Assembly: GCA_040110925.1 (NCBI GenBank)
Contig: JBDSYV010000149.1
Location: 1 to 56,144, forward strand
Length of the DNA: 56,144 nucleotides
Reading direction: 5' to 3'
From: Ferruginibacter sp.
GTDB lineage: Bacteria; Bacteroidota; Bacteroidia; Chitinophagales; Chitinophagaceae
Part shown: positions 6,411 through 16,235 of the stretch, piece after piece
Layout: each line of letters opens with the position of its first letter
Numbering within the stretch: the stretch's first letter is position 1
Notes under the pieces: model-generated
What the model saw: only the letters and a program-made list of their open reading frames with translations
What the model was told of the DNA's origin: nothing
The model's database searches: none
Translations under genes and position numbers: made by a program

Positions 6411-7290
6411 AAATGCCCGTCATTATTGCATTTTGAGGACACTTCCTGCCGGTAAACGGATGTTCAATGCCGTCAGGCACTAATAGCGAGCCGCCAACGG
6501 CCGCTGGAGAGTAACGGAAGCGGACGGCGAGTGCCAGCGACTGGGGCGGACAGGAAAACAGCCACAGGCTGTGATGGGCGCACAGTGGAGGGGCTTTATG
6601 TGGCATGTGTACATAAGCGTGGCCTTGTGCCAATAATGCCCCGTAACGCAGGCGATGGCCGAACGGCGAGCACAAGAAAAATGGGCAGCGGGTGGACTGG
6701 AGCTTGCTGAAATGAAGAAGCGACGAAGTAGTGTAATGGAACCTGGGGAGCATTGCGATTGATTGCGAAAGGGATTGTGCATCACGCCTGGATTTGCTTT
6801 TGTGTTTAGCGGCGTGATGCCAGGCCCTGAAGCAAAGGCCTGGTTGCGAACATGGTGTAATGGAACGGTATGAGGAGTAAATGAATGAAGCGAGCTGCAG
6901 GACACAAGAGCTGCCGTGACGAATGCCGCTTGAGCTGCAAGCTGTGTGACAAACTGCAGAGCACCCGAAGGGCATTGCAGGTGCAGCAATACTTAAATAA
7001 AATGAATAGATTCCATTGCTGCTGCTGCAATGGTTTGGCGCATCAGCTTGCCGAAAAGGCATGAGGAACTCCTTATTACCGGCGAAGCGTAGGGACTGTG
7101 GGGTGGGAAAAGAAGCGATGGCTGGTAGCTTCCCGTCCCGGCTTTGTGTGTGGCATCGGGATGCTGCCGTCAGGGCAATGGGAGAAAGCTGCTGTTTGCC
7201 AAGCGCTACCGAGTGAATGAGCAAGTGAAGTATAGTTTACGGAACGAACGAAGCGATATGAAGAAGGTGGCCTGCAGGCGGTAGTTAATT
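6411..7290 (+). other. GC-rich, hairpin-dense non-coding segment (putative single-strand origin/priming or packaging region, or large structured RNA)
   Basis: Roughly mid-50s % GC by eye against about 30% in the adjacent gene. Many stems, e.g. GCATCACGCC 6779-6788/GGCGTGATGC 6811-6820, CCAGGCC/GGCCTGG and GCAGCAAT/ATTGCTGC. Repeats GTGTAATGGAAC (6731, 6855) and TGCCGTCAGG (6468, 7165). Confidence 0.55.
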
Positions 7291-7308
7291 TTACTTAGTC
7301 CGGTATTC

Positions 7309-10300
7309 TTATCTAAATGAGATTAAAAATTCTCTTATCCAGTAAGCATCTGATGAACCTTGAGTTGTCATTTCATCAAGCATCCAAAGATAATTTGTGA
7401 AAAGCTCATTATTGTTTCTTACTTCAGTAAGATGGTTTTCATAAACTCGATGCATCAATTTTTCAGAATGTTTGTAAGACAGAATCAACTTAGTGTTTGT
7501 AGTTGTTTTAAAAATATCAGCAAGTAAATTAATTCCTTGTGGCATGAGTGTTTTGTCTCCAATATGGCTTAAAATATTAACAACAGCCTGGGGGTTGGAA
7601 ACACCATATTTTTTAATATTCCTTTCAAGAAAATCCCTCATATTTTCTATGGGTCGCCATGATGAGGCATTGTCATTCCATTCAATTTCAAGCAGGAGTA
7701 AATCTGCAAAAAGAGGTATTTTTTGAACCGAAAGTATTTCTTCAAATTTTTGCCATGTATTTTGAAAACTACTTAATGTTAATTGTGATTTTTCCGGTTC
7801 TTCAGTTGGGAGATTGTGGTCAGCTATGATTATAATATTTCTGATTGTTCCACGAAAGAAAAGAAATATTTCATTTCTTCCTTTTAAAGCAATTGACAAA
7901 GTAGTTAAATCATGAATTTTATTAAGAAAATATTCCATCAATTCTCCACCTACAGAATTAATGTTCCAAAAAATAATATTGCTAATTTTATCGGTTAATA
8001 AAACCCTAATCTCATGTATTCTGCTCTCATAGTCGCCCGATTTTCTACCATCAACTTCTTTATCAATATATATATCAATCATCCTTTTTAAAAAATCAAG
8101 ACATTTTTCAGGGGGATTAAGATTAGGGATAATAGCTATTGTTTTTTGCAGTATCCATTTAGAATACTCAGGAATATTAATTTTATCACACTCCACATTT
8201 ACCCTCCCTTTGTATATTTTGTTTAAGAAAGAATTTAGTTTTTTTGAGTAACTATTTATTTGTGCCTCTGTGTACCGATGGTCAATGTAAAATGGATTTT
8301 CCTTATTGAATTTTGCAAAGCCAATAAGTCCGATAAAATATTTTGATGCCTTGTCCGCTGAAATACGCCAAAGATTGTTATTAAAAGAAGTCAGGAATTT
8401 TGAATAAGCTGAATCATTTAATTGGAAGTGTGTTGTAAGCAAATTGATAATTAACAGTTCAATCTGCTTAACGCTTTTCTGCAATTCTGGCAATGTCATA
8501 AGTAAAGGAATGACATTCATAATTGCATCGTCATCAAATGGAGAAATGTCTAAGGAAAAGTTATAAGGCTTATGCTGCTTTTTAATAAGTTTATTTGCTA
8601 TTTCTATTACAGTAACAACTGACCATTCTTTTTCTTCGATTGTTAATTCGTTCCAAATATCCCTTATGCCAACTGCAGCAAGGAGACCGGGGGTGTGTTC
8701 ATGAAAAATGAATTCCTTCAATTGTTTATAATGAAGGAATATTTCTCTCCATTGTTCAATGGTAATTTTCTTATCTTTTTTCTCTACATTAAGTAATAAC
8801 AATTTAAACCCTGCATTTCTGTTTGATTCTTCAAAGGGTGCTTTCAGCACATCCATGTGTTCCTGAACATCTTCACTATATGAGGGTTCAATCTGGAAAC
8901 TTGTTTTATCGCCATCAGTTATTTGATTAGTTATCTTCCATGTCCGTATATCCATGTCATCCAGCATTTTCTTCCAGTCAAAATCATCTTTTTCAGCCAA
9001 TTCTCTGTGTCTATCAATAATTTCAAATACTTGTTGATTTAGTACTCTGATATTAAAAGTATATTCAACAATAAAGCCTTTTAATCCCGGATTATGCTTT
9101 AAGCGATGGGGAAGTTTATCAGATTTTAGCCTTTCTTTATCAAACACCTCATTACTTGACATTAAATTAAAAGGGTGGAAATCGCCTGTAAATCTTGAAA
9201 CATCCCAACTAATTAATTTCCTGTGAGTAAATAAAGGAAGTAATTTTTCATCAACCATTAAGGGATATGCCTGGCAAATACTTGATATTACAGATGTAGT
9301 AGCTACAGAGGAACTCTTTGTGTAAAGTACATGTATTAGCTTTTGCAAATATTCTTTAAATGCTTCACCCCATTCAGCTACTTCTAAAAAGTAACATTCC
9401 AATGCCATTAAAACAGACTGTAAGAGGTAAGGAGTTACTTTTCCAGTGCCTCTATACATTGACCATAAAACTGAACTGCCATGTTGAACGATTTTTGTAT
9501 TATCATAAAGTATTAATTCTACATCAACACATCCATCATTCTTTGAAAAATCTGAAGCCAGGTATTTTTCTGTAGAATAATTAATAAACTCAACAATAAA
9601 ATTCACTGCTTTAAAAGGGTGGTTTCTCAACAACCAAAGGATTGATGTTTGATATGCACTTGCCGGAAAATATTCCAGTTTAAATTCATCAACTAAGCCA
9701 AAATGATAATTTACATCCCTACTATGATGCTCTTCGCCAAGAAATGAAAAAAGACTGTCCTTATTTTTTGAAGGTTTCTTTGGCTTGAAATACCATTTTT
9801 GTTTTGCTATTTCAATAATTAGGTCAGGAAAATATTTAGCAAGATTTCCTCCTTTTAATCCGGAGAGGGCAAGCGTTAAAATTTTATCATGGTATCGTTT
9901 TAATATCCAGTCTTTATCTGTTTCTTCTTTACGCCCTTCTTTGATTGCCTTTTTGAGTATTTCTTCAACTTCTGGAATTATTCCACCACATAAATCAAAT
10001 ACCAGGCAAAGACACCTTTCAACGGTGTTATCATCATAAGGATAATCGCTTTTTTTAATATACCTGTTTTCCAACAGGTGCAAAATAATTAAACCTGCCT
10101 CTCTCGTACCGTCCGGCACTTCATTAGTTAGAAGTAACTTATTCTGCCAGTCTGAAATAACGTTGACAATAAGATAATGGTATTGTTCCGGAATACTAAT
10201 AATATTTTGGCAAACTAGCTTAATCACTTGGACCCATCCATAACCTGTTGGTATCAAAAATTTCCACTCTTTGGTAGTACTGGAATTTTCTCTACAGGCA

Positions 10301-12345
10301 GTTCTCATAACATGAACTATTCTAAAGAATATAATCCAGTTATTTTCCTTTAAAAGGTTAAAGTTTTTACCAAAAAATATTTCACAATAGACCGAATTTA
10401 AAACTGCTATCAAAGATTCGTCTTGCCAAAACCTGTCTAGTTTTGTACTAACTAAGTTTCTTGTAAAAAAGTCAATTTTAGTAGCATCCTGCTCTTTTAA
10501 TACATTTTGCACCCAAAGCCTGTATGCCCTTCGCATGGCAGGCTCAGTACCAAGTTTATTAAAAAAGTCTTCGTCATTGTCCTTGTTAGTGTATTGAGCA
10601 GAAACAAACTTAACTAACGCCCAATCTTCTAACACATCATGTGCCGGTGCATATGCATCTGAATTCAATGATTTTACAATTACATTATCTTTTTCAAGGT
10701 AGCTTAATGCTGGAAGGTCAGGGTTATCAAGAAATATAAATGGCTGCATTTTTTTAGCTCTCTTTACAGACATTTCTACAAACAAATTATTTCTTCTCTG
10801 CGGCAGCCCATCATAATTAGCATTAATCTTGTTCTCAATAATTGCTTCCCATAGACTGTTGACAAATTCTACTTCACTTACTTGAGAAAAATCGCCGGGA
10901 TTATTCTTTAAAGCTTTAACGGCAAAATCAAGGTATTTTGGGTTTCTAATTAATGAAGTAATTCTATTGTTTGTCCTGATTTTTTTTATACCAGGCAGTT
11001 TCTCTTCTATCAAATCCAATTCTTCATTGCTTAATACCGGCACATCTAATTTTTCATAAGGTTTGTTGTAAAAAAACTTTCTTTCAATCAAATTCAGATT
11101 TATACTTCTGCAACTAATTATGAATTTTACATTGGGAAGCTCTTCTACTGATTTCATCAACTGCTTGAACCCTGTGCCCTCACCTTCTAAAAGCTTTTCA
11201 GCGCTATCAACATAAACAATATTTCTTTCTTCCAAAGGAAAATGAGAAAAAATTTCTTTTATGGTCAACTTAATATCAAACGGCAGGAAAATATCTCTAA
11301 GATTTTTGTCGATTAGTTCATCAGCTTTGAAAATTAATATATACCCGTTCCCTTTATTGATAGACTCGGTTAAAAGTGTTTTCGCAATTGCAGACTTACC
11401 GGCTCCGGGGTCACCGGCTAAAACTATAAATTGTCCTTTATTCTGTTTTTCGATGGCTTCTTCTACAATCAACTTTCTGCTAATATTAACACCACCAATT
11501 GTATCATCAATTAATTCGATTATCTCAAAATTTTGATGACTTATCTTTTTTAATTTTGTTACCGTTGTATTGTAATATGTGCTATTTAAATATTTACTTA
11601 TTTCCTGCGGCAGATTATCTTTTGTAAAAAAGCCTCCTTTAGAATCGCTGTCACTTACAAATCCAAAAGCTGAATCCCAAATTTGCTTTCCTGTTGCAGT
11701 TTCGGTAGACTTTGAGTGTTCTATTAATGTGATAAAATTTGCTTTTGAAATACTTGCCGGATGCCCAAAATCGTATTCTAAAATATCAAAACACTTGAAA
11801 AAAGTAAACAGTTCTGTATCTGAAGCATTATTATCCGTTTGAATAATCAGTGATTTAAAAAGCTCGAAATATTTTTTCTTTCCTTCAATTTTTGAAACCT
11901 CATTTTCAAAATCTGCGAAAGATGATTTTAATTTTGCCCAATTCAATAACTGCTTTAAGTGATTTTTTTCGGCTTGTGTTAAATCGCTTTTTATCAGGTA
12001 AATTTTATCTTTTGTTGAATCAAAAAGTGAAATGTTTTTAAAATCCATCCAGGCGGCATTAAGAACTTCTTTAAAAAGTTCGCTTTTTTCAGAAATTATT
12101 AAGTTATGCTTTATTTGAAATAAAACTCTTTGTTCAATAGAATTAGCATCAGTACATTTCAGCAACAAATCATCTGTTTTATATCCAAGTGAGCCTGATT
12201 GCTGTCTGAATTCAGTAATGTGACTTTCCGGAAAACCAGGAATACTTCCGCCTATGATAAAGTTGACAAAATAAGCTGTTTGCACTTCAAACTCATAGTG
12301 ACTACCCCCGCCCCCTTGTGAATAAACATTGCTTTCAGTACTCAT
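7309..12345 (-). CDS. AVAST/Avs-like anti-phage STAND NTPase with N-terminal PD-(D/E)xK nuclease
   Basis: 1678 aa; N-terminal GGGG-xx-YE...TDDL...FQIKH nuclease motif, Walker A GDPGAGKS, Walker B IVYVDSAE, long helical C-terminal region ending LDEMTTQGSSDAYWIREFLI. Low GC. The Avs subtype cannot be assigned by eye. Confidence 0.75.
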   Translation of the reverse strand: MSTESNVYSQGGGGSHYEFEVQTAYFVNFIIGGSIPGFPESHITEFRQQSGSLGYKTDDLLLKCTDANSIEQRVLFQIKHNLIISEKSELFKEVLNAAWMDFKNISLFDSTKDKIYLIKSDLTQAEKNHLKQLLNWAKLKSSFADFENEVSKIEGKKKYFELFKSLIIQTDNNASDTELFTFFKCFDILEYDFGHPASISKANFITLIEHSKSTETATGKQIWDSAFGFVSDSDSKGGFFTKDNLPQEISKYLNSTYYNTTVTKLKKISHQNFEIIELIDDTIGGVNISRKLIVEEAIEKQNKGQFIVLAGDPGAGKSAIAKTLLTESINKGNGYILIFKADELIDKNLRDIFLPFDIKLTIKEIFSHFPLEERNIVYVDSAEKLLEGEGTGFKQLMKSVEELPNVKFIISCRSINLNLIERKFFYNKPYEKLDVPVLSNEELDLIEEKLPGIKKIRTNNRITSLIRNPKYLDFAVKALKNNPGDFSQVSEVEFVNSLWEAIIENKINANYDGLPQRRNNLFVEMSVKRAKKMQPFIFLDNPDLPALSYLEKDNVIVKSLNSDAYAPAHDVLEDWALVKFVSAQYTNKDNDEDFFNKLGTEPAMRRAYRLWVQNVLKEQDATKIDFFTRNLVSTKLDRFWQDESLIAVLNSVYCEIFFGKNFNLLKENNWIIFFRIVHVMRTACRENSSTTKEWKFLIPTGYGWVQVIKLVCQNIISIPEQYHYLIVNVISDWQNKLLLTNEVPDGTREAGLIILHLLENRYIKKSDYPYDDNTVERCLCLVFDLCGGIIPEVEEILKKAIKEGRKEETDKDWILKRYHDKILTLALSGLKGGNLAKYFPDLIIEIAKQKWYFKPKKPSKNKDSLFSFLGEEHHSRDVNYHFGLVDEFKLEYFPASAYQTSILWLLRNHPFKAVNFIVEFINYSTEKYLASDFSKNDGCVDVELILYDNTKIVQHGSSVLWSMYRGTGKVTPYLLQSVLMALECYFLEVAEWGEAFKEYLQKLIHVLYTKSSSVATTSVISSICQAYPLMVDEKLLPLFTHRKLISWDVSRFTGDFHPFNLMSSNEVFDKERLKSDKLPHRLKHNPGLKGFIVEYTFNIRVLNQQVFEIIDRHRELAEKDDFDWKKMLDDMDIRTWKITNQITDGDKTSFQIEPSYSEDVQEHMDVLKAPFEESNRNAGFKLLLLNVEKKDKKITIEQWREIFLHYKQLKEFIFHEHTPGLLAAVGIRDIWNELTIEEKEWSVVTVIEIANKLIKKQHKPYNFSLDISPFDDDAIMNVIPLLMTLPELQKSVKQIELLIINLLTTHFQLNDSAYSKFLTSFNNNLWRISADKASKYFIGLIGFAKFNKENPFYIDHRYTEAQINSYSKKLNSFLNKIYKGRVNVECDKINIPEYSKWILQKTIAIIPNLNPPEKCLDFLKRMIDIYIDKEVDGRKSGDYESRIHEIRVLLTDKISNIIFWNINSVGGELMEYFLNKIHDLTTLSIALKGRNEIFLFFRGTIRNIIIIADHNLPTEEPEKSQLTLSSFQNTWQKFEEILSVQKIPLFADLLLLEIEWNDNASSWRPIENMRDFLERNIKKYGVSNPQAVVNILSHIGDKTLMPQGINLLADIFKTTTNTKLILSYKHSEKLMHRVYENHLTEVRNNNELFTNYLWMLDEMTTQGSSDAYWIREFLISFR

Positions 12346-12349
12346 AAGA

Positions 12350-13441
12350 TTAGTTGCTTGATAATAACTCCATCAACCTGTAATTGATATAGTAAGTTGT
12401 TCTGCCAATTTTTTGAGGCTTTACAATATCGGCGTCGGTTAGTTTTTTTAACCAGGTTGATGCTGTTTGTCTGTGTGCTATCCCTCTTTTTTCAAGCAAT
12501 TCAATTTTCAGGTAAGGCAATGTAAACATCAACTGCAGTAGTTCGTGAGTGAATGAGGAGCCCAGTACTTCTTTCATTTGTTTTTCATATTCTTCTTTTA
12601 ACTGGAGCATTGCCCTTATTTTTTTTGTGGTAAGCTGGGTTGTTTCAATTAATGCAGTAAGAATATACATGGTCCAGTCGTGCCAGTTGTCTTTTTCTGT
12701 AACCCCTCTCAGCAACTGGTAGTACTCTGTTTTATATTTTACAATATAAGAACTGAGGTATAGTACCGGCTGTGATAGCAACTCCTGTTGCACCAGATAC
12801 AATGCGTTTACAATTCTTCCTGTTCTTCCGTTACCATCTGCAAATGGGTGAATGGCTTCGAACTGGTAATGTATTAATGCCATTTTTATCAATGGGTCTA
12901 ATGCAGATAATTCCGGACTGTTGATGAATTGCTCCAGTGCTGTTAGCTTCTCTCTCAATACATCTTCGCAGCAAGGAGGCGTATAAATTACTTCTCCATT
13001 AATGGCATTCTTTAAAGCCGTGCCGGGTGCATTTCGGATACCTGATTTATTTTGCTTAATGGTTTGTACTATTTCTACCATTGTATTTGTAAGTAAAAGG
13101 TTCTTTTGAGCCTTCATTTTTTCAAGTCCCACGTACAAAGCTTCCCTGTAACTTAACACTTCTTTGGCCGCATGATTGGCGGTACCTTCTTCCGTTGCAG
13201 CTTTGTACAGTTCGTCCTGAGTGGTCACTATATTTTCGATAGCGGAGCTGTCTTTACTTTCCTGGAGTACAATTGTATTTATAAGTAATTGTGGATCTGG
13301 CAGCGAAGCACAAAGGCCGTTTAACTCTCCTAGATGCCGGGCAGCCTTTGCCAAATGCCGCAATATTTCAGGCGATTCGGTGAAACCGGCTGGGGGCAGG
13401 TTGGCCAAATCGTTAAAGGCCGTATTCTTATTGTAAGCCAT
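12350..13441 (-). CDS. Fic/DOC family protein with Fic_N domain and C-terminal wHTH
   Basis: Intact Fic motif HPFADGNGRTGR and N-terminal inhibitory-type SSAIEN; 4 bp upstream of the Avs-like gene. Confidence 0.92.
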   Translation of the reverse strand: MAYNKNTAFNDLANLPPAGFTESPEILRHLAKAARHLGELNGLCASLPDPQLLINTIVLQESKDSSAIENIVTTQDELYKAATEEGTANHAAKEVLSYREALYVGLEKMKAQKNLLLTNTMVEIVQTIKQNKSGIRNAPGTALKNAINGEVIYTPPCCEDVLREKLTALEQFINSPELSALDPLIKMALIHYQFEAIHPFADGNGRTGRIVNALYLVQQELLSQPVLYLSSYIVKYKTEYYQLLRGVTEKDNWHDWTMYILTALIETTQLTTKKIRAMLQLKEEYEKQMKEVLGSSFTHELLQLMFTLPYLKIELLEKRGIAHRQTASTWLKKLTDADIVKPQKIGRTTYYINYRLMELLSSN

Positions 13442-14194
13442 TGTGTTGAATTTTGTAAATAATTTCGACTTTAGCCTTTGTTAATGGCATGCTATTCGAC
13501 ATCAATTTTTAATGATGGTGAAATTAAGGCATATTTTCTACATTAAAAGAATTTGATGTAGAAATGTGTTTACTTCAAAAAGGACAAAGAAGAAAATTTG
13601 GCTGATTTTCAACATTTAGCTTCCTGCACGGAATAAGTTTTGTGGCTAAGTTCCTGTAAGCAACTTTACTTTTCCATTACTTACTTTGTAAAAAAGGGTT
13701 TCATTTGTTTTCATGTCATAGATAAAAGGCAGGAACATTTGCAATGGCTTTGCCTGACCAAGTAAAATCATGGAGCATTATACTTCTGTCCAGTCGCAAA
13801 GGATCTTCCAGGCTGTGCGGCTGGCCTGTTGCTGAATGCTTGCCCTCGCATCTGGCCGTGGCCGCTTTACATCCTGCTAAAGAATTTTAAAACATTCTTC
13901 TACCTGTACCTTTAAATGGAAAGGCAGTGTTTACTATAAGTGTATCGAAAAATAGCAAGGTGATGCCGGTGCAGATTTTTCTGCATACTGCTTGTTGATA
14001 TTGGATGCTCCAATTCAGTTAGATAATATTTTCGTTTTATTTATATTACCACCATTGGGTTTACGGGATTCTATCTTGAAAATTTTGTGATGAGAAATTA
14101 ATAGAAAGAGGAATTTGGGTTTTATATCCTTAAAGAATTTTATTTCCTCATTTTGGGTTCTGAATTTGTATTTAAGAACGGTGACTTTGAGTTT

Positions 14195-16040
14195 ATGCGC
14201 TGCTGCAGGCTATAAGGTTTTTATTTTTTTATTGGTTAACCTGGGTTGCTTTCTTCGAAATAGCCAGGCTGGTTTTTCTACTGGCAAATTTTTCAGAATG
14301 GAAACTAGCAGGAACTAATGAAGGATTTAAGTCCATCGTGCATGGCATTCGTATGGACATGTCCATGGCTGCCTATCTTGTTATCCCGGTAGTCTTATTT
14401 ACAATTATCTCTTATTTAATTCCCTTCTTCAGGAAGGCCATCATTTATAAGGTTTACATAGCCCTGGTATTGATCCTGAATGTCCTGTGACTTGTTGCAG
14501 ATATTGGATTATATAAAGCCTGGGGTTCCCGGATAGATGCAAGTACATTAAAATATTTTTCTAACCCCAGGGAAATGTGGGCATCTGTTTATAACCAGCC
14601 AGTGTTCTGGATCTTGCTCGGTTATATCATATTGGTATGGGCTGCTATTAAGATATTCAATAAGTTTCTTCAATGGGGAGTAAGTCGGTTACAACAGGTT
14701 AGTTTTAAATTGCTGCAAATTGCCTGTTTATTAATTATGGGTGGATTATTCATTATTCCCTTGCGTGGTGGATTTCAACTGGCCCCCATTAATCAAAGCA
14801 CTGTATATTTTTCTCAATCTAATTTTGCAAATCTTGCTGCGTTAAATGCGCCCTGGAATTTTATATATTCCGCCAATCATAATGTTGAGACTGGGAAAAA
14901 CCCCTTTACTTTTTTGGAGAATCCATCAAGTAAAAAAATTACGGATAGCCTTTTTGTATCAAGGGGAAATGATCAATATGTATTATCAGATACCGGCATA
15001 ACGAAACCAAATGTAATCCTGATCGTATGGGAAAGTTTTACGGCCAAGGTTATAGATTCCTTATATGAAGGAAGAGAAATTACACCTCGTTTCAACAGGT
15101 TAAAAAATGAAGGCATTTATTTTTCAAATATTTATGCCAGTGGTGATAGAACGGATAAAGGGATTGTAGCAGTTTTAAGTGGATATCCTTCGCAACCTAC
15201 AACCTCCATTGTAAAAGTTCCTTCAAAAGCTGCAAAACTTCCTTCGCTTGGAAAATTAATTAAAAGAAGATGACTATCAAACTGCATTTTATTATGGGGG
15301 GGAATTAGAATTTACAAATATTAAAGCATATCTGCTGCAGGCTGGTTACCAGCATTTTATTACCATTGATGATTTTTATAAAAAAGATCAGAACAGCAAG
15401 TGGGGTGCACATGACGGCGTTGTAGAGACCCGGCTGCAAAGTGATATAGGAAATATGCAGCAACCATTCTTTGTCAACTGGCTTACCCTTAGCAGCCATG
15501 AGCCATTTAAAACGCCAGTGACACCATATTTCCAGGGAAAAGATGACAAGTCTCTTTTCTTAAACTCATTGCATTACACGGATTCCTGTGTTTCAGCATT
15601 TATTACCTATGCAAAGTCTCAGCCATGGTGGCATAACACGATCGTTATGATAGTAGCAGATCATGGTCATCGGCTTCCCCGCAGCAATAGAAAAGAGAAT
15701 GATTTTAAGATCCCTATTTTATTGACGGGAGGTGTAATATCTAAAAATCAAAACATAAGAAATGTTGGTGGACAAACTGATCTCCCGGCTACGCTTTGGG
15801 GCCAGGTAAAAAAACATGCACCAAATCCATTTCCATGGAGTAAAGATCTTTTAGACAGCAGCACTTTACACTGGGCATATTTCAGTTTTAATAATGGGTT
15901 TGGGTTTGTGAGTGATTCATCCATGTTTATTTAATGTTGGCAACCGTATGATTGAAAGCAGGGGGAATGTCGATTCAATACAAATAAAAATGGGTAAGGC
16001 TTTTTTACAGGGCAGTTTGTAGGATTACCTGGAAAAATAA
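14195..16040 (+). pseudogene. LTA synthase / alkaline-phosphatase-superfamily membrane sulfatase, disrupted
   Basis: Homologous frame HGIRMDMSMAAY...IPLRGG...NVILIVWES...GDRTDKG...LSSHEPF...ADHGH. Broken by an in-frame TGA at 14488, a frameshift near 15258, a frameshift near 15932 and a TAG near 16020. Confidence 0.8.
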
Positions 16041-16235
16041 GTTGTTTTGTGGTGGTGGTAAGTGTTTTAATAAAAGCCTTTATTGAGCAGACGATATTAT
16101 AGTTTATAAACAAAACAACAGCAAGCGTTGGATTTCTACACTTGGAACTAAACAGTCTAAATTTGAATTTCATGTATTCTTTAACATTGGCTCCTGTTGG
16201 ACATTCCCAAAAAATAATTTCAATTTGCTATCTAT

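Larger units (their letters stand above)
2584..13900. mobile_element. Putative ssrA-integrated element or remnant with ssDNA-stage features and defence cargo; right boundary uncertain
   Basis: att-like fragment at the left end, phage-like small genes, long hairpins, a GC-anomalous structured segment and AVAST-like + Fic cargo. No integrase, relaxase or Rep is visible in the window. Confidence 0.5.

Noticed and set aside
6409-7224. 271-aa and nested 169-aa minus-strand ORFs (also 6806..7030 and 7016..7216)
   Set aside because: Ser/His/Cys/Pro-rich with no recognisable domain. Several frames are open at once, as expected from the GC-rich, purine-skewed structured segment.
15296-15302. G7 run as a phase-variation or frameshift site in the LTA-synthase-like gene
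   Set aside because: The run reads in frame as YYGGE; the actual frameshift is about 40 nt upstream and the gene has other lesions.
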